A stretch of 64,000 bases of DNA. Source: Octopus bimaculoides (Eukaryota). Of this stretch, positions 13,789-27,100 are shown in pieces. The stretch spans positions 31,661,855 through 31,725,854 of the forward strand of contig NC_068981.1 of the NCBI RefSeq assembly GCF_001194135.2, given 5' to 3'. The notes beneath the pieces are model-generated. The model did not search any database. It saw only the letters and a program-made list of their open reading frames with translations, and was not told where the DNA came from. The first letter of the stretch is position 1. Each line of letters starts with the position of its first letter. The translations under genes and the position numbers were made by a program.

Positions 13789-14431
13789 TATATGGACTAA
13801 AATTATTTCGCCAGTTAAAAATTAATTGCGACGCATTTTTTAAATTTTCCAAGCATTGCAGTTATAAAGTATCAGAATAGATTTGTCTAAAGATTGTAGC
13901 CTGGAGGCACTAAATACAAAAGTAATATTTAGATGGCAGAGCTTCAAATTAGTAAGATTAATGGTATTTCTCAAACATCGACACTTACTTGTCTTAGTAA
14001 TGAGAGGGTAATAAAATATCTGTGAATATGCCTGCCAGCAACGAGATGTGCTTGCAACGCGTTCTAAATTGTGTTAGGTTCGCTGATTTTCATATACACA
14101 TGTAATAATCATTTGTTATCCGTTGTAGGTTAAATGCTTCAATAAAAATATAAAAGAACAATAGAGGAAAACAGTGATTAATAATTGGAAAAGCTGGCAG
14201 TAATCTGATACGTTAAGTTGAGAAAAATATTTTGATCGAACACTTTATAGATGAGAAAGAATATGATCGCAGACGATAGTAAATAGAACGCAATAAAAGG
14301 AATCGGTGTTGATATGCATATAAAAGTATCTGCTTTATCTTTATTACTATATCTTATGTATTGATCTATCAATCAATCTATCTATCTATCTGTATATCTA
14401 TCTATCTATTAATGAATGTGTGGGTGTGTCT

Positions 14432-14471
<40 letters not shown>

Positions 14472-15238
14472 NNNNNNNNNNNNNNNNNNNNNNNNNNNNN
14501 NNNNNNNNNNNNNNNNNNNNNNNNNNNNNNNNNNNNNNNNNNNNNNNNNNNNNNNNNNNNNNNNNNNNNNNNNNNNNNNNNNNNNNNNNNNNNNNNNNNN
14601 NNNNNNNNNNNNNNNNNNNNNNNNNNNNNNNNNNNNNNNNNNNNNNNNNNNNNNNNNNNNNNNNNNNNNNNNNNNNNNNNNNNNNNNNNNNNNNNNNNNN
14701 NNNNNNNNNNNNNNNNNNNNNNNNNNNNNNNNNNNNNNNNNNNNNNNNNNNNNNNNNNNNNNNNNNNNNNNNNNNNNNNNNNNNNNNNNNNNNNNNNNNN
14801 NNNNNNNNNNNNNNNNNNNNNNNNNNNNNNNNNNNNNNNNNNNNNNNNNNNNNNNNNNNNNNNNNNNNNNNNNNNNNNNNNNNNNNNNNNNNNNNNNNNN
14901 NNNNNNNNNNNNNNNNNNNNNNNNNNNNNNNNNNNNNNNNNNNNNNNNNNNNNNNNNNNNNNNNNNNNNNNNNNNNNNNNNNNNNNNNNNNNNNNNNNNN
15001 NNNNNNNNNNNNNNNNNNNNNNNNNNNNNNNNNNNNNNNNNNNNNNNNNNNNNNNNNNNNNNNNNNNNNNNNNNNNNNNNNNNNNNNNNNNNNNNNNNNN
15101 NNNNNNNNNNNNNNNNNNNNNNNNNNNNNNNNNNNNNNNNNNNNNNNNNNNNNNNNNNNNNNNNNNNNNNNNNNNNNNNNNNNNNNNNNNNNNNNNNNNN
15201 NNNNNNNNNNNNNNNNNNNNNNNNNNNNNNNNNNNNNN

Positions 15239-15252
15239 CGCTCTTCCGATCT
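15239..15252 (+). other. Illumina adapter remnant at contig edge (assembly artefact)
   Basis: CGCTCTTCCGATCT immediately after the N-gap is the 3' end of the Illumina adapter ACACGACGCTCTTCCGATCT. Confidence 0.9.
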
Positions 15253-17020
15253 GGAAGCGTCTCAGCTATGGTCACACGAACCTCCTTCTAGAATTACTCA
15301 TGAGAAATGCGTGAGGTCGGCCATGTCTCAATCTCCTGTGTGCTGGAACATCCGTAGCGCTGCTTCTAAGTTATGTGTTATACGTGCAGCTTTTTCTTTC
15401 TCTTTTTCCTTTGTTATAAACATTACATAAGCATGTTATCAAAACTGAACCTACACTCATCCTGATGTAGCTAAATAATATATTGATTACCAACCTCCAG
15501 CCTGTTGTTAATTTGGGGCCCTAGTCTGTGCATGAGTATAGCTTTCTTAATTCTTAAATTACCCAAATTTCTTTCATTAGCCTCAATTGTGACTGTTATG
15601 CTTTTGTCGGTGTTCCGGCATCTGTCTAGATGTTTTCTGAAGGAAGAGGCTCTAGTGTTCAGATGTACCTTGATGCGGCCGTGTAACGGTCTTGTTATGC
15701 TATCCACATAGAACTTGTTGCAGTTCTTACATTGTATTCTATACACAACATTTACCCGTTGTCATAAATCTGTGTCGCGGATGGGACGGTTTGTAAGTTT
15801 GCATTGATTGCTGTCCCTTCTTCGTTTCTTTGTGAGATGACTTCTCAGAGAAGGGCCAGAGTGGGCTATTTGTATGTCTAGCCCTTCTCTTCATATGGCT
15901 CTTCGGATGGCTGTAGCTATCCTCTTGCTAAAATGGGGTATTTTAAGGAAGTGTGTGATGTTGGGTTTTCTGTGTGTTCGACGTATTGATCGTCTTGGGT
16001 ATTTAAACCGATTTACAATGGATCTAGGGTACCCGTTGGTTTTCAATATATCTAGGAAGCATGTAGTGTGGGTCACTTATCCCTTTGTCCTGTTGCACTT
16101 GCCCTGGATGCGTGCAAGTTCATTTCTGGCATATCCTATTTTGGCACCGAGTGGAAGTGCTGAGTTGTACTGGACAAATATATCTCTACTGGCTGCTTTC
16201 TTGTAGAATTCAATGTGGATCTCCCCTTCCTTCGTTATATTCAGTTGGAAGTTAAGTAGTAATAGTGATCCAGTGATATCGGGATGTTCTATAGTGAACT
16301 TTATGTTCATGTCTATGCTATTGAACGTCGTGAATATTCTGTCCGCCTCTTCACGGGAGGATGTGAGTATGAGGATGTCATCTACGTACCAGGTGAAGGA
16401 GGCGCATGAGCGGGTGATGTTGAGCGCTCGACTTTCCAGATGGTTCATATAAGTCATGGCTAGTAGGCCCGAGAGACTGGATCCCAAGGGGAGACCTGGT
16501 GTCTGTGTGTATATGTGGTCCTGGAAAGAGAAGTATGTGTTGTCCACTATTATTGACAAAAGTTGATATATATCAGCTGCGGTAAGTCTGAAGCATTGGA
16601 TGTCGGGCGCTATTATGCAGCCAGTCAATAGCTCGACCGCCGAGTGTGCTGGCACCGTTGTGTACATTGCGACAACGTCAAGACTAAAGGCATATCTGTT
16701 TTGCCTGAGTTGGTCGAGGAGCAGTTGGAGCAGTCTTTGATGACTTCGCCGGAGTTCTTGACATGTCTAGAAAAGGTGGAGAGTATGGGTTTCTGGATGT
16801 GAGAAAGTAACCAGGATATTTTATGTAGAGGTCCTTCCACGCTGGAGAGGATGGGTTTATTCTAGATCGTGTTGCTATCCTTGTGCGTTTTAATGAGGTG
16901 ATAAAATCTGGGTAATCTACTGTTCTTTGTGATGAAGTTGTTTTTGTATTTTTTATGTATATATACGTCTGTAGATGTCTGTCCATGCGATGTTAATTCG
17001 GTTCTCAATCCTGGTCGCAG
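15253..17020 (-). mobile_element. Penelope-like retroelement, decayed (RT + GIY-YIG endonuclease)
   Basis: RT motifs SLDVVAMYTTVP, GLPLGSSLSG, YVDDIL and HVKNSGE; linker LKTNGYP; GIY-YIG VYRIQCKNCNKFYVDSITRPLHGRIKVH at 15471-15746. Broken by stops and frameshifts, and truncated by the gap on the 3' side. Confidence 0.93.
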
Positions 17021-18855
17021 TTATATTTGTCACCTCAGAATATAGCCTGTCATTGCTTATATGTTCTAGTACCGGTCTATCATATTTCATAAGAAATCAT
17101 GCAGATTTCTTTTCCTTTATCTGATGGTAAGTAGACAAGGTTTTTGTTTTTTTGTTTAGTCAATGTTTTATCTTGCGCCTTGGTTAAGTTTGATGTTACT
17201 TTCTATTCCTTCCTTAAAATGTTCGTGGACGATTTTGCAATAGTAATTTTGTCCTAGACTCAAAATTCGATGTTCTGTGTAGTGTCAATTCTCTACTATG
17301 ATAAAATTTCTCTTATCAACATGACCTATGTTTCCGTTTTACAATGTGAAAACATCAAACTCGTCAAATTCACCTGCAACGCAGAGCACGTCCCTCCTTT
17401 AGGAAATAAACAAACCAAACGATACATTTTCAATACCGATTAGTGTTATTTCTAATATATTTCTCCTAGTATACTACTTGTCAGATAAGATGGTCGTCAT
17501 CATTAAGTCACAAAATCACTTTTACATCATCGGGAATTCTAAAGAGACCCTAAATGTTTATAAATACCTACCAGTTTACTTCAAAACCCGACTCAACCTC
17601 TTGATGACGCGTTATACGGTATAGGTCATGTTATATAAGGATAATTTGGGGAAAGTTTTATCCTTAAATCTAAAAAGTCTGCGTCTCAGCAATTGAAGTC
17701 CAAATGCCGAGGAGATCAATTTTATTTTCGATAATTTCCAGATCGATTAAAAAGAAAATACCAATCTAGGGCTTCAATCAAATGTAATTGCATGATCGTT
17801 GATCTAGATGCCTTGTGGTATTTGTTCCAGTTCTTTTCGTATTTAATTCAAATCCCACTATGGATGGTAAACTTAATTCAGCACCCAGTTTAACAGAGCC
17901 ACCTGGCATCTTGGGTGCATCAAGCAGTGTGTAACCTACTCCAAACATTCATGCAACATCTACAGTTTGAGAATACCTTCCACCCACCAATCTTAGAGAC
18001 TTGTGAAATATCACGAATTCTGCTTTCACTCCCGACAAAAGTACCTAAGGCAAACGAGCATTAAAACTCTTTTAATACTTCTTGCTTTATTATTTTTATT
18101 TTCAATTTGTGAAACAATTTATTACAAAACTTCCCGGAGATTCAGCAATCATTTTCATTCGCTTTAATTTTTAAATTAAAAAAAACCCAACAGAGATTTG
18201 GACGCTTATACATTTTACGGGGAAATTCTTTTCACCAAATTTCAAACATGGAATTGAAACCGAAACTCTCCGAATCACAGTTTACTGCAAAATAACGTTT
18301 AACTTACAGGACTTGCCACATGATTATTTGTATGGATATCAGCAAAGAAACCCAATTAGTGTGGTGGTTTAACAAAACAATCAAAAGAATATGAAATATA
18401 ATGGTTGTTCTCTATACTTATTACTAGAGACAAATTTTTTTAAGCGTGCCACCTTTAAACGAAACTATGATAACGATGTTTCAGTGAATACCATCAAATA
18501 ATAGGCAATTGGAAATATAGCCACGAACATTACGGAAATTAAACAGAGTTATGTAACAAAAACTGGTCAACATATACGAATATGGAAAGGTCTAAAAAAT
18601 AATGAACTTGCTTCTCATTTTGTTCGCTGAATACAATAACAATGGTAGGAAACAATGCTAATATTGGACATATTTTTATTCATATAATTTACCATATTGT
18701 ATATCACGCTCTTGTTTTCAGTCCATCTCATACAAGACACGATTTTTTTCCGTATGACGTTATATAATAAAATAAAGATATGTATGCCCAACAAAGATGC
18801 ATACAAACGCCACACATATGCATGTATACACAAATAAGCTAACATAAACACAGAG

Positions 18856-18899
<44 letters not shown>

Positions 18900-21800
18900 G
18901 CGTGTGTAGACACACTTACGCACACACTCACATATTCTTATACCCACATATTTATATATATATATACATCTATATACTCACACATATCACACACGCACAC
19001 ACACATATATAATTCTCATGTGGACTCTGTGCTAGCATGAATGCGTGTTTGATTGTTTATAAGTTACTCATCATTGTTCGATCTTTTAGATATCTTCTGG
19101 ATTTTTTCTGTTTTCATACAAGTAATAGACAAATGACAAATAGATTCCGTTTACCAAACATAATGAATGTTGACCTTTATGAACTCACAACTAGCTTGGA
19201 TATATATTTTTACATTTATTATATAAAATGTAGAACATACACCACGAAAACTAAACGAAAATTGTATTAGTAACGTTAAAAACATTATGTTAAATTAGAT
19301 TATGTCAAATATTCTCGATTATGGAAATAACAGAACTTTTATTATTACTAGCTTGGTACCGGTCAAAATTGATGGGATTTATTTATGTTTTGATTGGAAT
19401 TTTAGACTGTATTTAAATTTCAATCCACATAATGTATGTGGAATGATGGAGACGGTGACATTGGATGCTAAATACCGAACTATAGTAGGTATAGCTGGCT
19501 GTAGGGTTAACAACTTTATCCGCAGCTACTTCATTTCAGGTTTGGTCACACTTGGAGATGTATTGGGCTGGTGTCCTCAACTAGTGATCTAGACTAATTA
19601 ATACATTGTGGCTGAATTTAGAGGACAGAAATTTAACTTATCCCTAACTTATGTCGAAACGAATACCTTTGCAGATTTGCCTTTCAAAGAGTTATTAACA
19701 TTATGTATGATATATAGATGACTATTTTAACTTAATTATGCTTTTGCTTAGCCACCGCAACCCTCTTTTTCGTTCCAAGGCGTTCGCCTCTTCGAAATGG
19801 CTGAGAATGAACTTGACTATTAAGAATAACTTGATGGTGTTTTGGATTTTTATGTAACAACTATTCTATGTTCACATAAATTTAATTAAAACAGTGATGT
19901 TTGCGGTTGAGGCAACAATACGGCAGCAGCTGCTTTGCTAAATATCTCTCGCATCGATTGCTACAGTGCCAGGTAACAATTTTAAATCGTTGGTCATATT
20001 CAATGGAAGAACACGTTGTACTTCAGAATATGTTTAGTTTTCTGACATACAACCTATCACAGCTTCAAAGAAAATCGAAAGAAAAGTACTTTTAAATGAA
20101 ACATATATTCCAAACACCAACCTATGTAAATAGAAAAAGTGAACTTATCCTCAACGTTATTTGATCCTTCTTTTACAACAAAGTTTGAACTTGACTATCA
20201 AAATATTGATCGTTCCAGTAGCATTTATTTCAAATATTACTTATGTATTTATTGATATATGTTTAGTCATATTTGGGATGAAGTGCTATTTTGGGTTTGT
20301 TGATCAAATATTGCCTGTTTCTCTTTTCCCTGTTTATAGATCTCTGACAAATAAATCACAAATATTTTGCTATTCAAGAAAAAATACTTTTATTCACGTG
20401 TTAATTTCAATAAAAATATGTCATTTACTCAATGCCTAATTGACTTTTACATCCAGTGGCGCTGCTTAAAAATGATGAGCAGAATCGAAATTCTCTAACC
20501 AGATATATACATATATATAGAGTAATATAGATATCTTATGAAAAGCCGAAGATTTGATGTCGACGGCACTAATTAGTTACGAGACAGGAACTCATAAAGT
20601 ATGAAGACTGAATTGATGAAATGAACTTATAATAGTGATGTTATTATATTCTATTGAATTATGTCTTTCCGTAATATCAAATCAGACAGAATTATTTCTT
20701 TCCGTAATATTAAATCAGACACCAGTAGAGCTTCCGTTTGCAGCTTGAGCATCAATCAGTAAATATCTAATGTAATTTCAATTCATTACCCGAGTCCTTT
20801 AATTCTGCACTGTTCTGAAATGTTGCAGACTACTTTTCCATATTTATTGGTGATCAGCCACAAATCCAGCTTTTTATAAACCAAAGAATTTGTCTTCATT
20901 TGTATAGTTAAGCAAGGAGAAGTGAGCATACTCCATCAAAAATCCCGTTTTTTTTTGTTGAATAAAATAACATATTACGGCTTCACAAAAAGCTGATGCT
21001 TTCGTAATCCATAAACATGTAGCACTGTAATGTGAATTTCTACAACAGACTTCAATCTTTGGCATTTCATTGGTTAACTGGATGTCTCTTCTTTTCTCTT
21101 TTATTTTTATAATGTGTACACTAGACAGGGAACGTTGAATACAACAATCCGTGTTGTTGCTATGAATCTCTAGTATCAATGGAAATGTTTATTGTGTATG
21201 AAGAATTATATATCTTCAAATCAGGTTTCAGTATCCGTGATTCGAGTTGTGTAACTGTTTATACATAGATTAAACAAAAATCAATTTTCCTTAAACCAAT
21301 CTCTATTCTATGCTGGACTTCAACTCCGCTGGCTAAAAACATTTATTATCAACATTTGAAAGTGCTGGATCTTTAGAATTAAAGAAGTTTACATACACAT
21401 CAGAGAGAAAAGGAAACTGTTGTGAAGTTCCTTCAAGTGAAATTCACTGACATGGGGTTTTTCAGAGTAAATTCGGACTGTTCAAATAGTATGTCCTAAA
21501 GCAATGCCTTTTATTATTGTTGAAAGCTATAGATTAACCTCTCTAGTAAGAAATTCATCACAAAGAAAGCATGCAATTATATTAAATTGATCGTAGACTT
21601 AGTGTTGTTGGGAGTTCTCATAAATATGAGTATTAACTGAGAAGAAATGATATTTTACAGTCCATTATTAAAGGTTACCGACGGAATACAAACGAAATTT
21701 ACGTATATCAAGCATTTACAGTCAAAAGGTATTACATTAAGAAATAAATCATATAAATATCACAGGCTATATTACATCGGATTTCAATCCACTGGACAAT

Positions 21801-23309
21801 AAACTATATACTCTATCTATTTCATCAAATCTCCTTGGCTCTTTCAGTACAAAAACATTATATAAACTAAATCAGATGATATACAATGTAGCTAAGGAGG
21901 AAATATAAAATTGAAGATATAAAGTGTAATGCGTAACACTACTGAATAAAGAGTTGTTGGTTCATATCCAGTTACTAAGGCAGTAATATGTTAGTAGTAC
22001 AATAAGTATCGACCAAACCTAATCATTTGTATATATGTATATATATATATATTATAGGAACAAAATTATAGAAAATAACAGTAACACAAAGCCATCTCTC
22101 AGATCAATCTATGACTACACTAAATTTTCTATTCTTTTCGAAATAACTTTCTGACCACTTCTGTTTGCACTTGGTAAAAATTTTTATGCTGATATTCAAA
22201 CAATATATATGCATATGAAAATTGATGTGTATAAATTCTATATTAGAAGTAAAGTTTGTTTTTATCCACGGAGAGTATTTTCTGCGGATGGCATTCTATG
22301 TCGTTTTAACATCAATATCATGGAGTTAATATGTTTAAGCAGCTTCTAACTACATGCGTTATAATCTCGAGGGAAGAGTGACAATTGAGATTTGTACTTG
22401 CATATTGGGACTCTAAATGCCTGACTGCCCCTTTGTTTTACTGTCACTTTGCTGTTATTTTACTCTCCCTTTGCTGTTCATTTGATATTTCTTAGCTATT
22501 CTTCTGCCCGTGCTTTGCGGAAGCGTATTCTTCATGATGCGATACGATGTACGATTACAAGTCTACGATGCGTTACCCTTCCTATTAATATTATTACCCT
22601 CTTCAATTTTACGGGAAATATACCCATGAATAATCTGTTTTATGGAATGCTAAATGTCTTATTCCTAGGTTTTTGCTGAGATATGTAAGCCTTGTATATT
22701 TGAATTCATATGAGAGACCCTCAATACGTAAGAATTTCTTAAAGAGTTCACTACCAACCCACAAGATATAATTCACATTAATTCTTTCAAGACTTGCTTG
22801 CATTTAATTTTGCTGCTAATATTTTCGGGTGCTGTCTAAGTGATATCATACGGCGTTCGTAGTCTTCTTGTACTATTCTAAAGCCAGTTTATATCTCTTC
22901 TTAGTGTCTGTCCTTATCACTTGTGCGGTGAAAATTTGCTGTGGTTCTCAGGATCTAGAGAGTTTAATATGTATGTATTTATGAAGCAAAGTGTGTTTCT
23001 ATACGTTGGTATTAGTACGGATAATACAAGTGCATTTACAACTAATGTAGTTGTAAACTGAAAGCTTTAACTGCCATATCTATTTAAGTCACTTACAATA
23101 CTCCTATGTTAATGTATCATTGTTCTCAGTACCTAGGTACATTTAGCATTCGTGATGCATATATATAACCCGTAATGCATATATATGTGGCTTAAAGAAC
23201 AGTTTTTTTCCATTTCCAATTGTTAAATATGAATATTTCTTTTTACTTTGTTTGTACTTATTGGGTCTAGACTTCATACCTCCATCAATGAAACATCTAA
23301 TTGAATACG

Positions 23310-23440
23310 AATTCCGGAAGGAGTTTCATGAGACCACTACTGAGACGCTTCCGAAGAAAGAAAAGCCGTTGGAAAACAGATTATAGCAGCGACTCCATCT
23401 AAGAATATCTGAAGAAGGAATTGTATTCCGAAATATCATC
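23310..23440 (+). mobile_element. Penelope-related fragment carrying a hammerhead motif
   Basis: 23310-23352 is 35/43 identical to the reverse complement of 15253-15295, the 3' side of the Penelope copy. A hammerhead core follows 57 nt later. Confidence 0.6.
23407..23439 (+). ncRNA. Minimal type I hammerhead ribozyme-like motif
   Basis: CTGAAGA-A, stem II GGAA-ttgta-TTCC, GAAA, then TATC. Stem III is the loopless palindrome ATAT with an AUC site. Stem I is only 2 bp (AT/AT), so it has probably decayed. Confidence 0.55.
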
Positions 23441-23789
23441 GGACTATTGATAACGAAATTACAACAGGTATATGGTCCATTTTTTGTATTATAGTGCATT
23501 GTTGTACCATTCAGAACTTTTTATTCTTTAGAATGCATAGGGTTTGAAAACTTGAGGTAATTTAGAAGGGCGAGTAAAATGCATTGTGACATTGTGACAT
23601 CAATAAAATAATTACGAGTCTAATACTGATGCCAATACGATCTAAGCTTCTCCGAATTTAGAGCCCCTAATGTAGAACAAGTGTAGAACAAATGTAGAAG
23701 TGATAAATAACCTAAATTTGACATTGTGCTTGCATTAGAAATAACTAGACTCTTAAAATTAGAATTTGACTCGGGCCTATTTGCTCATT

Positions 23790-23975
23790 GCTTATCACGA
23801 ACGGATTCATGCCAGTCCATCGCAAGTTTAACTCCCATCTGCTACAGGTAGTCATTTTCCACTGAGTTGAATAGAGAAAAATGAAATGAAATATCACGCT
23901 CAAGTGCATAATAAGCCGGCCAGTGTGGAAATCGAAACCACGACCTTACGAGAAGCATTTAAACATCTTAGACAT
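23790..23975 (-). mobile_element. Diverged SINE family C-related copy
   Basis: Minus strand TCGTAAGGTCGTGGTTTCGATTTCC resembles the B-box region of the copy at 41713-42063. Confidence 0.5.
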
Positions 23976-24500
23976 TTGCGTAAGCGAATTCATACTAGGA
24001 AATTACTGGTATGTTTTAGAAGTCAAGGAGGAAACAGAAGCAATGTTGATCTTGGCAATATCTGAAATCAACACATAGGGGAGGAAATACTGTACTGCGT
24101 TTATACGAGCGCTCTACTACCTCAGATATTACTAACTCTTCCTAGAATAAGAAATATTTTTAAAAAACGAAATATGAATTATCTCGTTATTTCATTTGCT
24201 GAATCTTTAAGTTTATTTATTTATTTTCGTCCATGTTAATTTCTTTTTCTGCATCTTTCATAATTTTTTTTTCTCTATCTTAGAAAAGAAATAATTCTGC
24301 GAGAAGCAAGTAGTTTTCGGTTTTTTTTTTTTTTTTTTTTTTTTTGCCCAAAGAGACAATTAATAAAGTTCGTAGTGAACTCGTACACTGCATAAGCTAC
24401 CTTGCAGTTTCTGCTTTAGGACGGCCAATGCAAAAAGGAGAAGACAAAAATCCCAAACACCAACATCAATAAGAACAAACACAAATCCTTCACCACAAGT

Positions 24501-24501
24501 A

Positions 24502-24543
<42 letters not shown>

Positions 24544-24568
24544 GTGAGGGTGATGATTGTGATGATGA
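24501..24568. repeat. (GAT)n microsatellite
   Basis: Directly visible. Confidence 0.95.
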
Positions 24569-24841
24569 TCTTACTTTATCATGTGCAAATCCGTGTCGAA
24601 TTGCAAGTAAAGCATTTGTACTGCCGGCTGCTTGCTAACGGTCTGATATTTTATAATTGAGTTTTTTTAAAAACTCGCTCCTGCAATAATTCCCCCTTTC
24701 TGTTACTCCCTTTCTCTCTCTCTCTCTCTACCTCTCTCTCTCTATTTTTCTATTCCACACATTTTAAACTAAGCTTAAAGCTATCATGCAAATTTGATTT
24801 TATTCATAGACCAATGATCACTGCGTAATATTATTTTTTGG

Positions 24842-24857
24842 TTATTATTATTATTAC

Positions 24858-24921
<64 letters not shown>
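24842..24921. repeat. (ATT)n microsatellite
   Basis: Directly visible. Confidence 0.97.
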
Positions 24922-25321
24922 TTCATCTATTTTCCTTGTTGTTTTGATTTGTTTTCCATTTTCTTTCTTATTTTCTTGTTACTTATTTTTTTGCCCTTTC
25001 TGAAGGTGGGAGGAAATATATTTAATTATATTTATTTATTATTTATCTATTTATCTTGATGTTGCTTTTGGCTTTCAAAAAAAAAAAAAAAAAAATGAAA
25101 GGTACAGAAAAAAGTTATTTTCAGCTCAATGGCTTTGCGAACATGTTTGCATGCAACTCTGATATTACGCCTTCACTTTCAACGTTGCCTTCGTCATCAA
25201 TATCAATGTCACTAATATTATTCCCACCATCATAACATCTTAATGATGAATATTACAACAGCAACGACAGCAACAACTTCAGCTACTGAGTGTACCCTTC
25301 CTCCTCCTCCTCCTCCTCCTC

Positions 25322-25368
<47 letters not shown>

Positions 25369-26152
25369 GACACCACCAAAGACGTTTCTGCCTTGTAGAA
25401 ATTTTATCAGTATGCAGAATTACGATGTAATTCCGTTTTGCACTTGGGGGAGGGTATTAACCCTTGTCTTCTGTATTAACTCTCTTCTAAATAAAATATA
25501 AAAGCACCCTTCAAATAACATGCAAATTTTTAAATGAAAAAGATATATATGTATGTACATAAACGTGTGTGTATGTATGTATGCAAGTATGTATGTATGT
25601 ATGTATGTGTGTATGTATGCATGCATGTATGTATGTATGTATGTATGTATGTTTGTATCTATGTATTTTATGTAAGCAAGCACGTATGTATATGAAATGA
25701 AAAATTGAAAAATATAATCTTAAATGTCAGCGCGTTCTAGATGATACCATAATTGCCTTAGAAGATATATAATTTTCAATTTGATTACATTTTTCAAAAA
25801 TCCTATGTTTTGGTTATATATCTCGCTTTTTCTTTCTTAAATATATATGAATTCTTAAATTTCTATTTTGTATACGCTTAACTATATAGCTTTACTCTCT
25901 GTAGAAATGGTGCTCATTTAAAGTTCCTCATTTGAAACTAAGATGATTAATTTATATATAGTATATTTACATAACGCGATACTATTGATTTCACAAAAAA
26001 TTCAATATATTTCATAATGATGTATACATATATATATATATATAATAAATACTTTAGACTAATAGGTATAAGTGTGTTAGTGTGTTTAAAAGTTGAGTAA
26101 AGCACCAGCACAGTTTGGTCTACCTGTTGTCATCCACAATCGTTACTTAATG

Positions 26153-26219
<67 letters not shown>

Positions 26220-26689
26220 CATTTAGGTCTTTCTTGAACAATAGTGGATTGTGGCTTAAGAAGCACATTTTGATCCGAAATATTCAGACATAAAAATATT
26301 CAACCATAGAACGAAACGTGATAGTGCGTCTCTTTGCCAGAGGTAGCTGTTCAAAAATTCATAACGAGAAAAATGACAAACTTCTGGCTTGGAAAAGTAG
26401 AATGTTCGCAGTGTAGTTTCAATAGAGCAAATGCATTTGACTCTAAGCCCTGCATAGAGCAGGGTACTTTCCATCGACGGGGGAAGATTCATATGGAATT
26501 ATAAGCTTGGTATTCAAGTTTGATGGCGATGCAAAGTAATAAGTGAAAATAGTCTGACTTGCACTTGTTGTTAGGCACATAAGACACAGTGACGGGCTAG
26601 CGCAATAAGAATCAGCAGTGACACTGATTCTTTTCTCGTTGTTTCGTTTGTCACGCAATTATGCGTAGGTTCTGAATGTAGCAGTCGCG

Positions 26690-27100
26690 AGAAATGACAT
26701 GTCGGAAGTAATGACTCACAAGTACTAACCACAAGTACAAAACCACAAGGCGTTCTGAATATGTACGCTGCTGGGGTGGTGGGAGAAACAAAAGCAGTGT
26801 GACCAGAAAACCCCGCTGTAACAGATGTGGCAGTAAAACCACTTCAGAACATTTTACCCTAACAATTTTGGAAGGCCAAAGGGAGAAAGTGTGAGAATGC
26901 AGTACAGAGCAGCACACCTAGCAACATCAACAGTATCTGGTACCCAAAATACCGCTTTATTTACATTATTGTTAGACGTAACGAAACTGCTAAAGAATGC
27001 CTCACCGTACACTAAGGATCGAAAGTGAACGAATAGGTGAAACTTTTGTTCGTTGCACACCGAACAATCTGATAGAGCCGTTAAATGGATTGAAGATGAG
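26690..27100 (+). pseudogene. Possible gag-like retroelement remnant with broken zinc knuckle
   Basis: GC-richer segment reading RKPRCNRCGSK, then after a frameshift HFRTFYP, a CX2CX4H-like pattern. Multiple stops. Confidence 0.3.

Noticed and set aside
20665-20722. 33-bp-period tandem duplication (tctttccgtaatat.aaatcagaca x2)
   Set aside because: Only two copies; an ordinary local slippage duplication.
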